A DNA stretch of 25,119 nucleotides. Source: a virus. Its lineage: Duplodnaviria > Caudoviricetes. Positions within the stretch are counted from its first letter, which is position 1. The number at the start of each line of letters is the position of its first letter. Shown piece by piece: positions 16,079 to 24,532 of the stretch. Made by a program: the position numbers and the translations under genes. Below the pieces are notes generated by a model, which saw only the letters and a program-made list of their open reading frames with translations, made no database searches and was not told where the DNA came from. The stretch spans positions 1-25,119 of IMG/VR virus record IMGVR_UViG_3300044452_000162; one strand, written 5' to 3'.

Positions 16079-16312
16079 TCATGGGTCAGCCCTAATCTTT
16101 GGTGCGTTCGATTCTTCGACGAGCGTGAACTTGCGGGTGTATTCCTGAACCATGCTGAAATCGGTGACAGGATCGATGGCGGTGACAGTGTATTCTGCCG
16201 TGATTTGGATAGGCTCACCGATTTCCAAGGTGATCACCGCCTTACGGCAACCGTGCACGGGGATGCCAAGTTGGCGCAAGAGCTCCGGCCCAAGCACGCG
16301 ACTGCTGTTCAT
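16079..16312 (-). CDS. Hypothetical protein (77 aa)
   Basis: ATG 16312 in an ATGA overlap with the upstream stop; globular-looking sequence (MNSSRVLGPELLRQLGIP...). Confidence 0.55.
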   Translation of the reverse strand: MNSSRVLGPELLRQLGIPVHGCRKAVITLEIGEPIQITAEYTVTAIDPVTDFSMVQEYTRKFTLVEESNAPKIRADP

Positions 16313-16626
16313 GCCTGCCCCCCGGTCACCTGAATGGTATCGCCGCCTGATGGAGTGATGATACGGCGCAGCGGGGTGCCGCAGGCGCCGCAAATCAATG
16401 AATACACCAGGTTGCCATTCTCCAGCTTGCGCTTGCGCTTTTGCAGCGGCGTCATGCCACGACCGCAGCATGGGCCAATAATGCCCATGGCGGGCGGTTG
16501 CGGGACCTCGACATGAAGCGTTGGTTCTGCCTGAGGTTGGGCAGCCAAGTCGGTTTTGCGGGGGCGCCCACGGCGGGTGCCGCTGGATTGGGCATGCTGC
16601 GGGTTTTCAGTCTGTTTGTGTGGCAT
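16309..16626 (-). CDS. AT-hook plus zinc-ribbon protein, possible Ogr/Delta-like late regulator
   Basis: ATG 16626 with SD AAGGAG; RRGRPRK; PCCG...CGACG Cys pairs. Confidence 0.55.
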   Translation of the reverse strand: MPHKQTENPQHAQSSGTRRGRPRKTDLAAQPQAEPTLHVEVPQPPAMGIIGPCCGRGMTPLQKRKRKLENGNLVYSLICGACGTPLRRIITPSGGDTIQVTGGQA

Positions 16627-16643
16627 GTCGGGTGCTCCTTGTT

Positions 16644-16862
16644 TCATGCGCTCAAGTAGAAAAACAGCCAAGCAATGGCACCTGCGAGGTACCGGGTGGC
16701 TGCAGGGTTGGCTGCGGGGATGGCGCGGGTTGGCGGCAGGTTGATTGGCCGGATTGGCCTCGGCGTGCGCACGCGGGCGCCGATTGGGCCAATGGGGCAT
16801 TGATTCCTGATATAAATCACCGGTTCTGGCGATAATGCATCCGTTTGCGGGGGCGTGCTCAT
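16644..16862 (-). CDS. Possible small Pro-rich protein with hydrophobic C-terminus
   Basis: ATGA overlap with the terL stop; low complexity, may be non-coding. Confidence 0.3.
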   Translation of the reverse strand: MSTPPQTDALSPEPVIYIRNQCPIGPIGARVRTPRPIRPINLPPTRAIPAANPAATRYLAGAIAWLFFYLSA

Positions 16863-18889
16863 GCCGCCCCCCCGACGCGGCCAATAATGCCGGATCGACG
16901 TTGGTGTTGGGTGGTATCAAACCAGCCGCGTATATTCACCACGGCCATTTGTTGCACTTCACAATCAAACCAATGGTTGTCGGTGCGTACGTGCATGGTG
17001 CCTTTTTCGTCTTCCCACTCGCGCGGGCGCCAGATCATGCGGAGCTGGCGACGGCCACGGGTGGAAACCATCTCTTGGACTCGCTCTTCTGAGGTCAACG
17101 ATTCAGTATAAAATTCCGGGGCATCGGGTGGGATAAACCAGGCCTGCGGGGCAGCCTGCATCGCGGCCGACAGGTAATCGCGGTGGCTGTGGGCATTGAA
17201 AAACCAAACCCGTTTCAGGCCGGCCAGCTTGGCGCGGTTTTGTGGGCTTGATTTTATTTCTGACCACGGGTTGTCAGGGGCCATGGTGCCTGATCCGGCA
17301 ATCGATAAGCGGCGCTGGGGTTGTTTGGCGCACCATTGCCGGATGAATTTTTGCATCGGACCGTTGGCGCTGTCCATGGCGCTCAGGTCAATGCCGCGCG
17401 GTTGACCCCCCATCACCCATTCACGTTCCAGCAGCTGATCGCAGGCGTCAAAGCCGTTGACGTGACCGGCCTCGACCAAGTAGGATTCGCCGCTTTGTAG
17501 CCAGGCACGAACCACGTACGGGAACCATGATCGCAGCGGATCGATACCTTGCTGGTCCAGGGTCGCCAAGACGCGCCATGGCACCACCGGGCATTCGCTG
17601 TGCCGGTACGTCAGGCCCTCGGGCGTGGCCGGCAGCTGCACGTTTTCGACAGCTTCCTGATCGATGCCGCCGGCGCTGGCAATGTACGGGTCGCCGTCCC
17701 AGCCATTCACAAAAGCTTCGCGATCAGATTCACCGGCGCCGTGCGCCTCGATGCGTTTAGATACATACCGCGAAAGCGTGATAAATGCGGAATACAAACT
17801 ATTCATATGGCCACTCCGGTTACGGGCCCGCAATGGCGCCACGTGGTCTGGATTGATTTGATGTTGCCGATCGTATTCCACTACCGGGCGCCAGCTGCCG
17901 CCGGCCTTGTGTTGATCGTCAGCCGTCCAGATTCCGGCCAGCCAGCCGCCTGATTCAGAATACCACGGCACCACACAGGCCAGGTGCACGGCCTGGCGTA
18001 TTTCCTGCGTGGTTAAAGGCGTGCTGCAGGTTGGACATTTCCAACGGCCCAGATCTTCGTTCTCGATGGCGTCCGGATCGGTGCATTTCTCCAAAGCCAT
18101 CAGGCAATCAGGTTGCAGCCAGTGGTGGGCGCCGCAGTGCGGGCAGGCAACGTGCAGCCGTTCATGCGTACCCCGGCACAAGCGCGACCAGCCGTGATTG
18201 CTGACCGTGGTGGGCGTAGTCACGCCAAGAATAAATCGAGAATGTGGGAAGCCTTTTTGACGGTCTTCGACCAAGGCAATCGGGTTGCCTTCCCCCTGGC
18301 AGTCGATCGGGAAGGCGTCGAATTCGTCCAGTGCGACCAAGGGCAGGTCGTACGATCGCAGGTCTTGGGCGGAGTTACCGACCATCCAATGCAAGTCGCA
18401 CGTTGATAGCTTCCAGACTTTCACGCCCAGGCGGCGCTCAACCTCGGTCTGGCCCCCTGGTAATAATTCCCGCAGGCGCGGGGTTAATTCAAACATCGGT
18501 TGCAAGCGCGTGGTCTGCGCCTTGCGCAGGTCTTCGTTGCGCTGCAGGACCATGCCCATCGATCGCGGGCGCACGGCTGCGGTCCAACCGACCAATGGCT
18601 GCACCAAGCCTTGCGTTTTGCCCAACTGATTGGCGCAAACGTTGTAGATTGATTCAACCAGGTGCGCATGCGGATCATGGTCCAGCGGCTGGCCACTGAT
18701 GCGGGCCTGCGCGATGTTGAGCCAATGTTTCCAGTAAGGTGTTAAATCAGGATTGTACGGCGCCGGGCCCGATCCCCGGCTAATTTTCAAATGATCCCCC
18801 AGCCAATCATTGATGTTAGCACCGCGATCTTCGCGGACCCTGGCCTGCATGTCGCGGGCCTCATTGAAAATTGCCTTGGCAATGCTCAC
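16859..18889 (-). CDS. terL: Terminase large subunit, lambda GpA family
   Basis: YNPDLTPY Q-motif, Walker A ANQLGKT, Walker B VALDEFDAF, GVTTPT, CPHCG...CPTC zinc motif, C-terminal nuclease with LDQQ, MDS.NG, DNHWFDCEV. Confidence 0.95.
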   Translation of the reverse strand: MSIAKAIFNEARDMQARVREDRGANINDWLGDHLKISRGSGPAPYNPDLTPYWKHWLNIAQARISGQPLDHDPHAHLVESIYNVCANQLGKTQGLVQPLVGWTAAVRPRSMGMVLQRNEDLRKAQTTRLQPMFELTPRLRELLPGGQTEVERRLGVKVWKLSTCDLHWMVGNSAQDLRSYDLPLVALDEFDAFPIDCQGEGNPIALVEDRQKGFPHSRFILGVTTPTTVSNHGWSRLCRGTHERLHVACPHCGAHHWLQPDCLMALEKCTDPDAIENEDLGRWKCPTCSTPLTTQEIRQAVHLACVVPWYSESGGWLAGIWTADDQHKAGGSWRPVVEYDRQHQINPDHVAPLRARNRSGHMNSLYSAFITLSRYVSKRIEAHGAGESDREAFVNGWDGDPYIASAGGIDQEAVENVQLPATPEGLTYRHSECPVVPWRVLATLDQQGIDPLRSWFPYVVRAWLQSGESYLVEAGHVNGFDACDQLLEREWVMGGQPRGIDLSAMDSANGPMQKFIRQWCAKQPQRRLSIAGSGTMAPDNPWSEIKSSPQNRAKLAGLKRVWFFNAHSHRDYLSAAMQAAPQAWFIPPDAPEFYTESLTSEERVQEMVSTRGRRQLRMIWRPREWEDEKGTMHVRTDNHWFDCEVQQMAVVNIRGWFDTTQHQRRSGIIGRVGGAA

Positions 18890-19479
18890 GATATTTCCTT
18901 GACCGGCGTCAGGGCATCAGCAATGGCGTTTTCGATCAGGGTGCTGATCAAATTCATCATCCGAGTTTGGTCGTGCGAACAGGCCAGGACCTCGGCCACC
19001 CATTCCGGCGACATCAGGTTGCGCGCATTCATTTTGCAGTTTTCCAGGCAACGGTTGACGATGCCCGCTGCTTCGCGAATGTATTTCTGCTCGAGGCGAT
19101 TATTGCCGATTTTCAGTCGTTTTAATTGTTCACGATCCTTGGCGGAATTCCCCTTGATGCGCAACACCTCTTCGCGACGGGCCCACAGCCACACATACAC
19201 CGGCAGCTGCTCGATGCCGGTGCCGTCAGCAGCTGCTGGGCAGCCCTTCGCCACCAGGCCGCGCAGCTTGGCCTGACTCATGCCCAACTCGCGCGTGGCG
19301 GCTGCCTGGCTGGGCCAGGTCTTGCCGGCCGCTGGCGCGCCGGCGTTGGTCAGCTGCTGGCGGATTTTATCGAGGCGCTGCTGCTGATTCGTTGTCAGCG
19401 GTTTTTCTCGGGCTGCGTTCAATAAACCGGTGAGTTCGGCCTTGAATGATAATTCAAGCAGATCATTCATCGCTATCAC
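18886..19479 (-). CDS. terS: Terminase small subunit (Nu1-like)
   Basis: Winged HTH SQAAATRELGMSQAKLRGLVAKGCP...V..W followed by a coiled coil; overlaps the terL start. True start may be ATG 19470. Confidence 0.75.
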   Translation of the reverse strand: MIAMNDLLELSFKAELTGLLNAAREKPLTTNQQQRLDKIRQQLTNAGAPAAGKTWPSQAAATRELGMSQAKLRGLVAKGCPAAADGTGIEQLPVYVWLWARREEVLRIKGNSAKDREQLKRLKIGNNRLEQKYIREAAGIVNRCLENCKMNARNLMSPEWVAEVLACSHDQTRMMNLISTLIENAIADALTPVKEIS

Positions 19480-20035
19480 CGCCTTCGTCTAATGGTTCAC
19501 CGCAATGCGGGCACACGCGCGGCCCCCGGCGTCGTTTCGTGCCGCTGAGGGGCTTTTCTTCCTGCGTGCCTTGATTGCCCCCTTGATTCAATTCGCGGTC
19601 CAATTCGGCCTGCATTTTGGCCAATTCGTCATCAAGCGCCTGCGCATCGATCTGCAGATCTTTTAGGTCGATGCCTTCGGCCGTCAGATCCTCCAACACA
19701 TCGCGCAGGGCGTCGTCATCCCACTGCCCGGCGTGACCGTTGAGTTCCAGCAGCAGGCGCCGTTCGGTCACATCGTCGCACTCAATCAACGACACCCGCG
19801 CCGTCGTCCACCCCAGTTCCCCCATCACCACGGCGCGCTGGTGCCCGCTGATGATCCGCGCCCGTCCCTTGGCCATCTTCCGCGCCAGCAACGGCTCCAC
19901 CTGACCAAAAGCAGCCAATTGGGTTTTGAGTTTCTCCTTGCGGTCGTCGGTGATCGTGCGTGGGTTCTCTGGGTTCGGGTCCAACTGGTTCAGCGCGAAG
20001 CTGTTCTTGGTGACGATCTTGGGCGTGGTTGGCAT
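19463..20035 (-). CDS. ParB/Srx N-terminal domain protein with C-terminal CPHCG knuckle
   Basis: L.PNPENPR, L..FGQVEPL, IISGHQR, LN...GQWD...L; SD GAAGGA; typical position upstream of terS. Confidence 0.85.
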   Translation of the reverse strand: MPTTPKIVTKNSFALNQLDPNPENPRTITDDRKEKLKTQLAAFGQVEPLLARKMAKGRARIISGHQRAVVMGELGWTTARVSLIECDDVTERRLLLELNGHAGQWDDDALRDVLEDLTAEGIDLKDLQIDAQALDDELAKMQAELDRELNQGGNQGTQEEKPLSGTKRRRGPRVCPHCGEPLDEGGDSDE

Positions 20036-20103
20036 GTGATTCCTTCGTGGTCGAATGGGTTGGGATGGGTTCAGCCGTGGACCCGCTCTGAGCGGTCAAT
20101 GGC

Positions 20104-20461
20104 TAGACACACTTGGACAAAATCTCTCTCTATTCTTTCTTTGGAAAAAAAAGAAAGATTGAACTCGCGCGTGCGCGCGCACATGTACGCGCGCGAGGCT
20201 CGATTTTGTGTTTCTGTGTCTAAATTATAAAAATACTGTGTTTTTATTGGGTTTTCGTAATCTCGAATAGACACACTTGTAGACACACTTAGACACAGAA
20301 TCAGGTAAACAAACGCAATCCTGTGTTTATTCATTTGAACCCATATGGGTTCAAGATAGGTCAGGAGAGACGTGGTTTTATTTGTTACAACACCAGAAAA
20401 CGACACAGAATAACGAATGTGTACACGATTTTGTGTCGTTCTGTGTCTACAGTTGTGTCTA
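20104..20461. repeat. Iteron cluster, putative replication origin
   Basis: (TA/AC)GACACA(CTT/GAA) direct copies at 20104, 20268, 20280, 20290, 20400; inverted copies at about 20212, 20429, 20439, 20452; AT-rich spacers; directly downstream of the primase-helicase. Confidence 0.75.
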
Positions 20462-23179
20462 TTCATTTGGACCTATCCCCTTATGTGAATGGGTCAATTT
20501 CACGCCGTCATGATCTGTAGCCTCGTTGAAATATTCGCCGGAATTCGGGACTAAATCAGGGCGGCAATTCTCGTGGTCGTGGCGTAATCGAAGGCCGGCA
20601 AAGCCGGTCACCGAACGCCCTTTCTCCGTGTCATAAACGGCCGCATCGCTAGCACCGCGACCTCGTAAGCGCTTAAACAAGTTCTTCGCACCTAACGGCC
20701 GTGCACCGTTCTCTTGGCACCATTCTGCATAAGCGGCGCGAAATCGACCGCGGGTAATTTGATTGCCGTCACCCCAGATCGTTGATTCAGCCAGAAAATC
20801 GCCAATCGGGTCTTGCTCCTTCCGGTACATGTGCGACCACTCCTGCACGCATTCGGGCTCTTCCAGGCTGCGGTTTTCCCAATAAGCGATTGAACCACGG
20901 ACCATCCACGCCAACACCGCCTGCTGACCCTTGGGGTCCGTGGTCAGGTGCTTGAGCAGGTCCTTATCTTTGGTCTTGGGCTTATGATCACAGCGCACCA
21001 TCCGCAGGCGGCGCCAAAAACCGCTATCGGTATCCTGCACGGCCGGCAAGTCATTAGCCACCATCCAGATTTTGAATTTCGGTCGATAATCAAAAGGATG
21101 GCCAAATTTGTGCTGCGCCTCCAGCACACTGTCACCCGTGACACGTTTCACGATATGCGAATCAAATTGCTTGCCTTCAGGAGCCTCTTCACATGAAACC
21201 AAGCGCATTTTGCTGATCTTGGCAAAGGTCCATTTGTGATCCCCACCATCGTTTAAGAATGCCTCAAACGGAATAGAGCTGTGATAGGTGCCCATCACGG
21301 CACCTATTGCTTGCACAAAAGTCGATTTCCCGGTACCGCCTGGTCCTGTGATGAAGAAAAAGCCCTGCTCACCAACATCACCTGACATGGAATATCCAGC
21401 CGCTCGGGCCAGAAAACCCTGAAGCAATACATCATTGCCAGTTAATTCATTCAGGAACCTCATCCAGCGATCGTCCTGGGCGTAAAAATCGAATTCAATA
21501 TCACACAAACGGGTAATGCGATCAGCGGGGTCGTGTTTTTGAAGTTTACCCGTTCGTAGATTTATGGTGCCATTTCGAACCGAAAATAACTCTTCATTAA
21601 AATCTAAGTCATCAGCAAGAACCGACACCCCATCAATGGCTGCCGCTCGTTCCAGGCTATTTTTAATTGGCCGATCATTGCGGTTTTTAATCCGCCAACG
21701 CTCAATCTCGACGGCCTTCTTACCGTTGCCGTATTTGTATTCCCATTCGTATTCTGCCGCGCAGGTCGTGTTAATCGCATCGTCAATCCACCGCTGCACC
21801 GTGCGATTCTTGTCCATTTCCCAATGCGTGCCCTGCCAGGTCAACCACGCCGACCAAGTGTGACAAAACAGCACTCGATCGCCATAGACATGGAAAAATC
21901 GCTGGGCATTACCGTGTTCATTCAACTCAAAGCGCGGTGGTTGATCTGGAATTTCCCGCACAAATTGATCCGGCACATCATCGATATTACCAGCATCAAC
22001 ATCATCAAAACCCCCAGGCCCCCCAAAGTCCTTGCGGCGATTCTGTGTTCCTGTGTCGTCGGCGGCAGCGGCGGTATCGGCGGCGGGCTGGCGATGCTGG
22101 TAATGCAGATGACGTACATCAGAACCACGATATTCAGCCGCTAACGCTGCTGCAGCGGCCGTCGCATCGCCGTTGTATTCCAACTGCGTTAGCAAATCGA
22201 ACAAGGAATAGCCCTGTTCTTCCTGCAGCGGCGCACAGCTGCTGCTGTACACATAAAACACACGTTTGGACTCGTTCCAGGTCGCGCTGGTGCCGGTCGA
22301 CTTACCTGGTCGGGTCCAGTGCTCGTTGTCGCCCTTCTCACAGTCGAAGGCCCAGCCATGCCTGGTCAGCAATTCATGGTGGTTGCCTTCATCGGCATAG
22401 CGATCGCCAGGCCGGCGCGTGTCACCAGTGACCTTTGGCTGGCGGGGTGCGGTCCGCTTTGACGCAGCGCGTTGTCGCTCGCCCCCAGGTCGCTGATCCG
22501 ACAACCGCTGCGCCGCGGTAATCAAGACAGCCCGTTCTTCGGCGGTCAGCTGTGGCATATCGGCCAAAGCCACCTGGCCATCAACCTGGTACCCAGCCGA
22601 TGGTGCCACCACCAACCAACCACCCAGGCCGCGCGTTTCGATTGCTCCGGCTACAGCAAAATATTGCCCGCCGATTTGCATCGCCTTGTATTGCTTCGGT
22701 GCATCACCGAAGGCCACCATACGCACATCATTGGTCCCAATTGATCCGTGAATCGTCACCGAAACCCCGGCCCGTTCATGCGTGCTGGTGCCTTCGGACC
22801 ACGGCAAATACCAGTTGGTCAACTTGCTGTTTTTTTCTGGCGCATCACACCGAAAAACCACATGCTTGCCACCAGACGGCGACCTCTCGATGTAGCAGCG
22901 ATCAAGCAGGCCTGGCGCCTGGCGCTCTACCTCCACGGCCCAGGTCGCAAAAGCCGCCCCGGCCAAATCAAAATCGATCGCCTCAACGCCAGCAAAACCG
23001 CAGATCACACCAACCGCTTCACAACCGGCCTGCCACTGCTTCCATTCATCTGCCGTCGGCGAGCGCTGCTGGTACTCCCGCCACGACGGCACCGCCGGCG
23101 TCTTGGTGGCTACATCAGCCGGTAAAACACATAACCCCGCGCGAAAAGCCGCGCGGGCCACACTCAAACAATCAGCCAT
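20459..23179 (-). CDS. Primase-helicase: N-terminal Prim-Pol, D5_N and SF3 (P4 alpha/D5-like) helicase
   Basis: K.PA..SW.EYQ, GVICG, AIDFD, SPSGGKHVVFR, ETRGLGG.LVVAPS; NEHGNAQRF, NGTINL.TG, Walker A GPGGTGKST, K.VTGD, F.Y.PKFK, NDLP, GFWRR; SD AGGAGG. Confidence 0.93.
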   Translation of the reverse strand: MADCLSVARAAFRAGLCVLPADVATKTPAVPSWREYQQRSPTADEWKQWQAGCEAVGVICGFAGVEAIDFDLAGAAFATWAVEVERQAPGLLDRCYIERSPSGGKHVVFRCDAPEKNSKLTNWYLPWSEGTSTHERAGVSVTIHGSIGTNDVRMVAFGDAPKQYKAMQIGGQYFAVAGAIETRGLGGWLVVAPSAGYQVDGQVALADMPQLTAEERAVLITAAQRLSDQRPGGERQRAASKRTAPRQPKVTGDTRRPGDRYADEGNHHELLTRHGWAFDCEKGDNEHWTRPGKSTGTSATWNESKRVFYVYSSSCAPLQEEQGYSLFDLLTQLEYNGDATAAAAALAAEYRGSDVRHLHYQHRQPAADTAAAADDTGTQNRRKDFGGPGGFDDVDAGNIDDVPDQFVREIPDQPPRFELNEHGNAQRFFHVYGDRVLFCHTWSAWLTWQGTHWEMDKNRTVQRWIDDAINTTCAAEYEWEYKYGNGKKAVEIERWRIKNRNDRPIKNSLERAAAIDGVSVLADDLDFNEELFSVRNGTINLRTGKLQKHDPADRITRLCDIEFDFYAQDDRWMRFLNELTGNDVLLQGFLARAAGYSMSGDVGEQGFFFITGPGGTGKSTFVQAIGAVMGTYHSSIPFEAFLNDGGDHKWTFAKISKMRLVSCEEAPEGKQFDSHIVKRVTGDSVLEAQHKFGHPFDYRPKFKIWMVANDLPAVQDTDSGFWRRLRMVRCDHKPKTKDKDLLKHLTTDPKGQQAVLAWMVRGSIAYWENRSLEEPECVQEWSHMYRKEQDPIGDFLAESTIWGDGNQITRGRFRAAYAEWCQENGARPLGAKNLFKRLRGRGASDAAVYDTEKGRSVTGFAGLRLRHDHENCRPDLVPNSGEYFNEATDHDGVKLTHSHKGIGPNE

Positions 23180-23355
23180 GCAGGCCTCCTAAAAATGATG
23201 AAGAAAACCGCCCAGCGTACTCCCAAACCAACCAACCCCCCCAAATTTTTTTCAGAAGAAAAAAGGGAAGGCTCGAGAGAGGAAACGCAGAGAGGACCCG
23301 TTGGGGGGTTAGACGTATTGTTGTTGATTTTTAGTGATAATCCCACGACAACCGC

Positions 23356-23685
23356 CTATCGCTGCCATTGGAGTGCGGGGGTTGTGGGGCTTTGATCTTT
23401 TCTTTGGTCTTTTATGCGAAGAAAGCTGCTGTTGTGCGCTACATCGATCAGGCCAGCAGCTGCGCACGCAAGCACTTCGCCAGGGTCGGCATCGAGTTCT
23501 TCTTTCAGCTCATCGGGGCTTGAGAAGATCAGCACCTTGCCGGGTGCCTCGGCGCATCGATCGAGGATGCGTTTGGCCAGCGCTTTCCACCATGGCATAG
23601 TGCGGTCGTTGACGGCTGGCAAGGGCGTGGCGGTATAATGCCAATCAATGCGATTGGCCAGCATTGCATCATCGAATGGTGACAT
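23356..23685 (-). CDS. Hypothetical early protein, possibly winged helix
   Basis: ORF track 23356..23730; ATG 23685 just after the upstream stop is a plausible start. Confidence 0.5.
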   Translation of the reverse strand: MSPFDDAMLANRIDWHYTATPLPAVNDRTMPWWKALAKRILDRCAEAPGKVLIFSSPDELKEELDADPGEVLACAAAGLIDVAHNSSFLRIKDQRKDQSPTTPALQWQR

Positions 23686-23686
23686 T

Positions 23687-23980
23687 TTAGATCTCGTCAA
23701 AGCAGCGGGGGTTTGATTGCACGTATTCATCGAGCGCGACGAATTCGGTGCGGGTCAGGTAAAACGCTTTGCGTCCACCTACTGATTTGACTTGGCAGGC
23801 GATGGCGATTACTTGCCGTAATTTTTTCCACTCCACACCTGAAAAATGGTCTTCGATTTCTGGCCGGCTGTATGTCGCCTTGGGCTTGGTCGTTTGGGCA
23901 AGTAAATTGGCATTGGTGATGGTCAGGCGTTGGATCGCTATGGTCAGGGTCTGGGCCTGCTGGGCGGTCATGATCGACAT
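23687..23980 (-). CDS. Hypothetical early protein (97 aa)
   Basis: ORF with purine-rich SD (AAAGGGGG), packed in the early operon. Confidence 0.55.
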   Translation of the reverse strand: MSIMTAQQAQTLTIAIQRLTITNANLLAQTTKPKATYSRPEIEDHFSGVEWKKLRQVIAIACQVKSVGGRKAFYLTRTEFVALDEYVQSNPRCFDEI

Positions 23981-24117
23981 GCGCCCCCCTTTCGCTTGGT
24001 GCGATTCAGGCGGGCTCGGATCTCTTGAGCCTTTTCAAGAGCAGCTGCTGGGGTGTGGACTAAGTTTGGAAACTTGCTCACCATGCAGAGTTTGGGTGCT
24101 TTGCTGGTCAGTTTCAT
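23968..24117 (-). CDS. Small basic hypothetical protein (49 aa)
   Basis: Below the ORF track cut-off; MKLTSKAPKL...KRKGGACRS; TAATG overlap upstream and ATGA overlap downstream fill the gap exactly. Confidence 0.5.
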   Translation of the reverse strand: MKLTSKAPKLCMVSKFPNLVHTPAAALEKAQEIRARLNRTKRKGGACRS

Positions 24118-24389
24118 TAGGCGGCAGTGGTGGCTTCAGCCATTGGATTCAACGGAGTGGATGGGTCATTTCCGATTGGATATAGGTCCAATACATCCTT
24201 GGTGTCTACAATTCGTCTGGCTGTTTCGTTTTTACCGTATTGAATTGTGTAACATTTTATTCTACCCTGTTTACAATCCCGCAGTAATGTGCCGCGTGGT
24301 AGATTTAGAAATGCGTCAGCATGGTATACCGTAACTCGGCCGCCATATTTGAATGCTAGTGCTACTTTATTGTAGGTTTTCTCATTCAT
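24117..24389 (-). CDS. Excisionase/MerR-like HTH DNA-binding protein in the cro position
   Basis: ATG 24389 with SD GGAG; VTVYHADAFLNLPRGTLLRDCKQGRIKC...RRIV...DV fits the T..EAA..L.....TL......G.I HTH_17 pattern. Confidence 0.6.
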   Translation of the reverse strand: MNEKTYNKVALAFKYGGRVTVYHADAFLNLPRGTLLRDCKQGRIKCYTIQYGKNETARRIVDTKDVLDLYPIGNDPSTPLNPMAEATTAA

Positions 24390-24419
24390 TTTCCACTCCG
24401 TAGAAGGTTTGCAAAGTCG

Positions 24420-24532
24420 TCTATTTAGGCGAATCAGTAACGTTGTGCTATACTGTATAGTATACAAAACATATAACGCAATGATATAATAATGATAGTT
24501 CACGTTTGGTGTCTCATAAGTATACATGAGTT
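24420..24532. promoter_or_regulatory. Divergent immunity control region with candidate promoters and operators
   Basis: AT-rich; extended -10 boxes TG-C-TATACT (24446-24454) and TG-A-TATAAT (24482-24490) on +; palindromes CTATAC-T-GTATAG (24448-24460) and CTCAT-8nt-ATGAG (24513-24530); AGTATACA occurs twice. Confidence 0.6.

Noticed and set aside
16627-16920. N-terminal extension of the 16309..16920 ORF
   Set aside because: Low complexity and overlaps terL; a strong SD supports ATG 16626.
20104-20461. Repeats considered as a CRISPR array
   Set aside because: Units are about 11 bp, irregularly spaced and in both orientations; no spacer periodicity and no cas genes.
20071-20466. 131-aa minus-strand ORF (and + strand ORF 20323..20520)
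   Set aside because: It runs through the iteron field and its sequence mirrors the DNA repeats; more likely non-coding origin DNA.
23164-23346. 60-aa minus-strand ORF before the primase
   Set aside because: Homopolymer-driven sequence overlapping the primase RBS; not supportable as a gene.
23342-23389. Imperfect inverted repeat CCCACGACAACC...GGTTGTGGG as another attC
   Set aside because: The cores do not match RYYYAAC/GTTRRRY, there are no L boxes, and it overlaps a coding 3' end.
24390-24527. Extension of the 24117..24527 ORF
   Set aside because: It spans the AT-rich promoter/operator region; SD supports ATG 24389.
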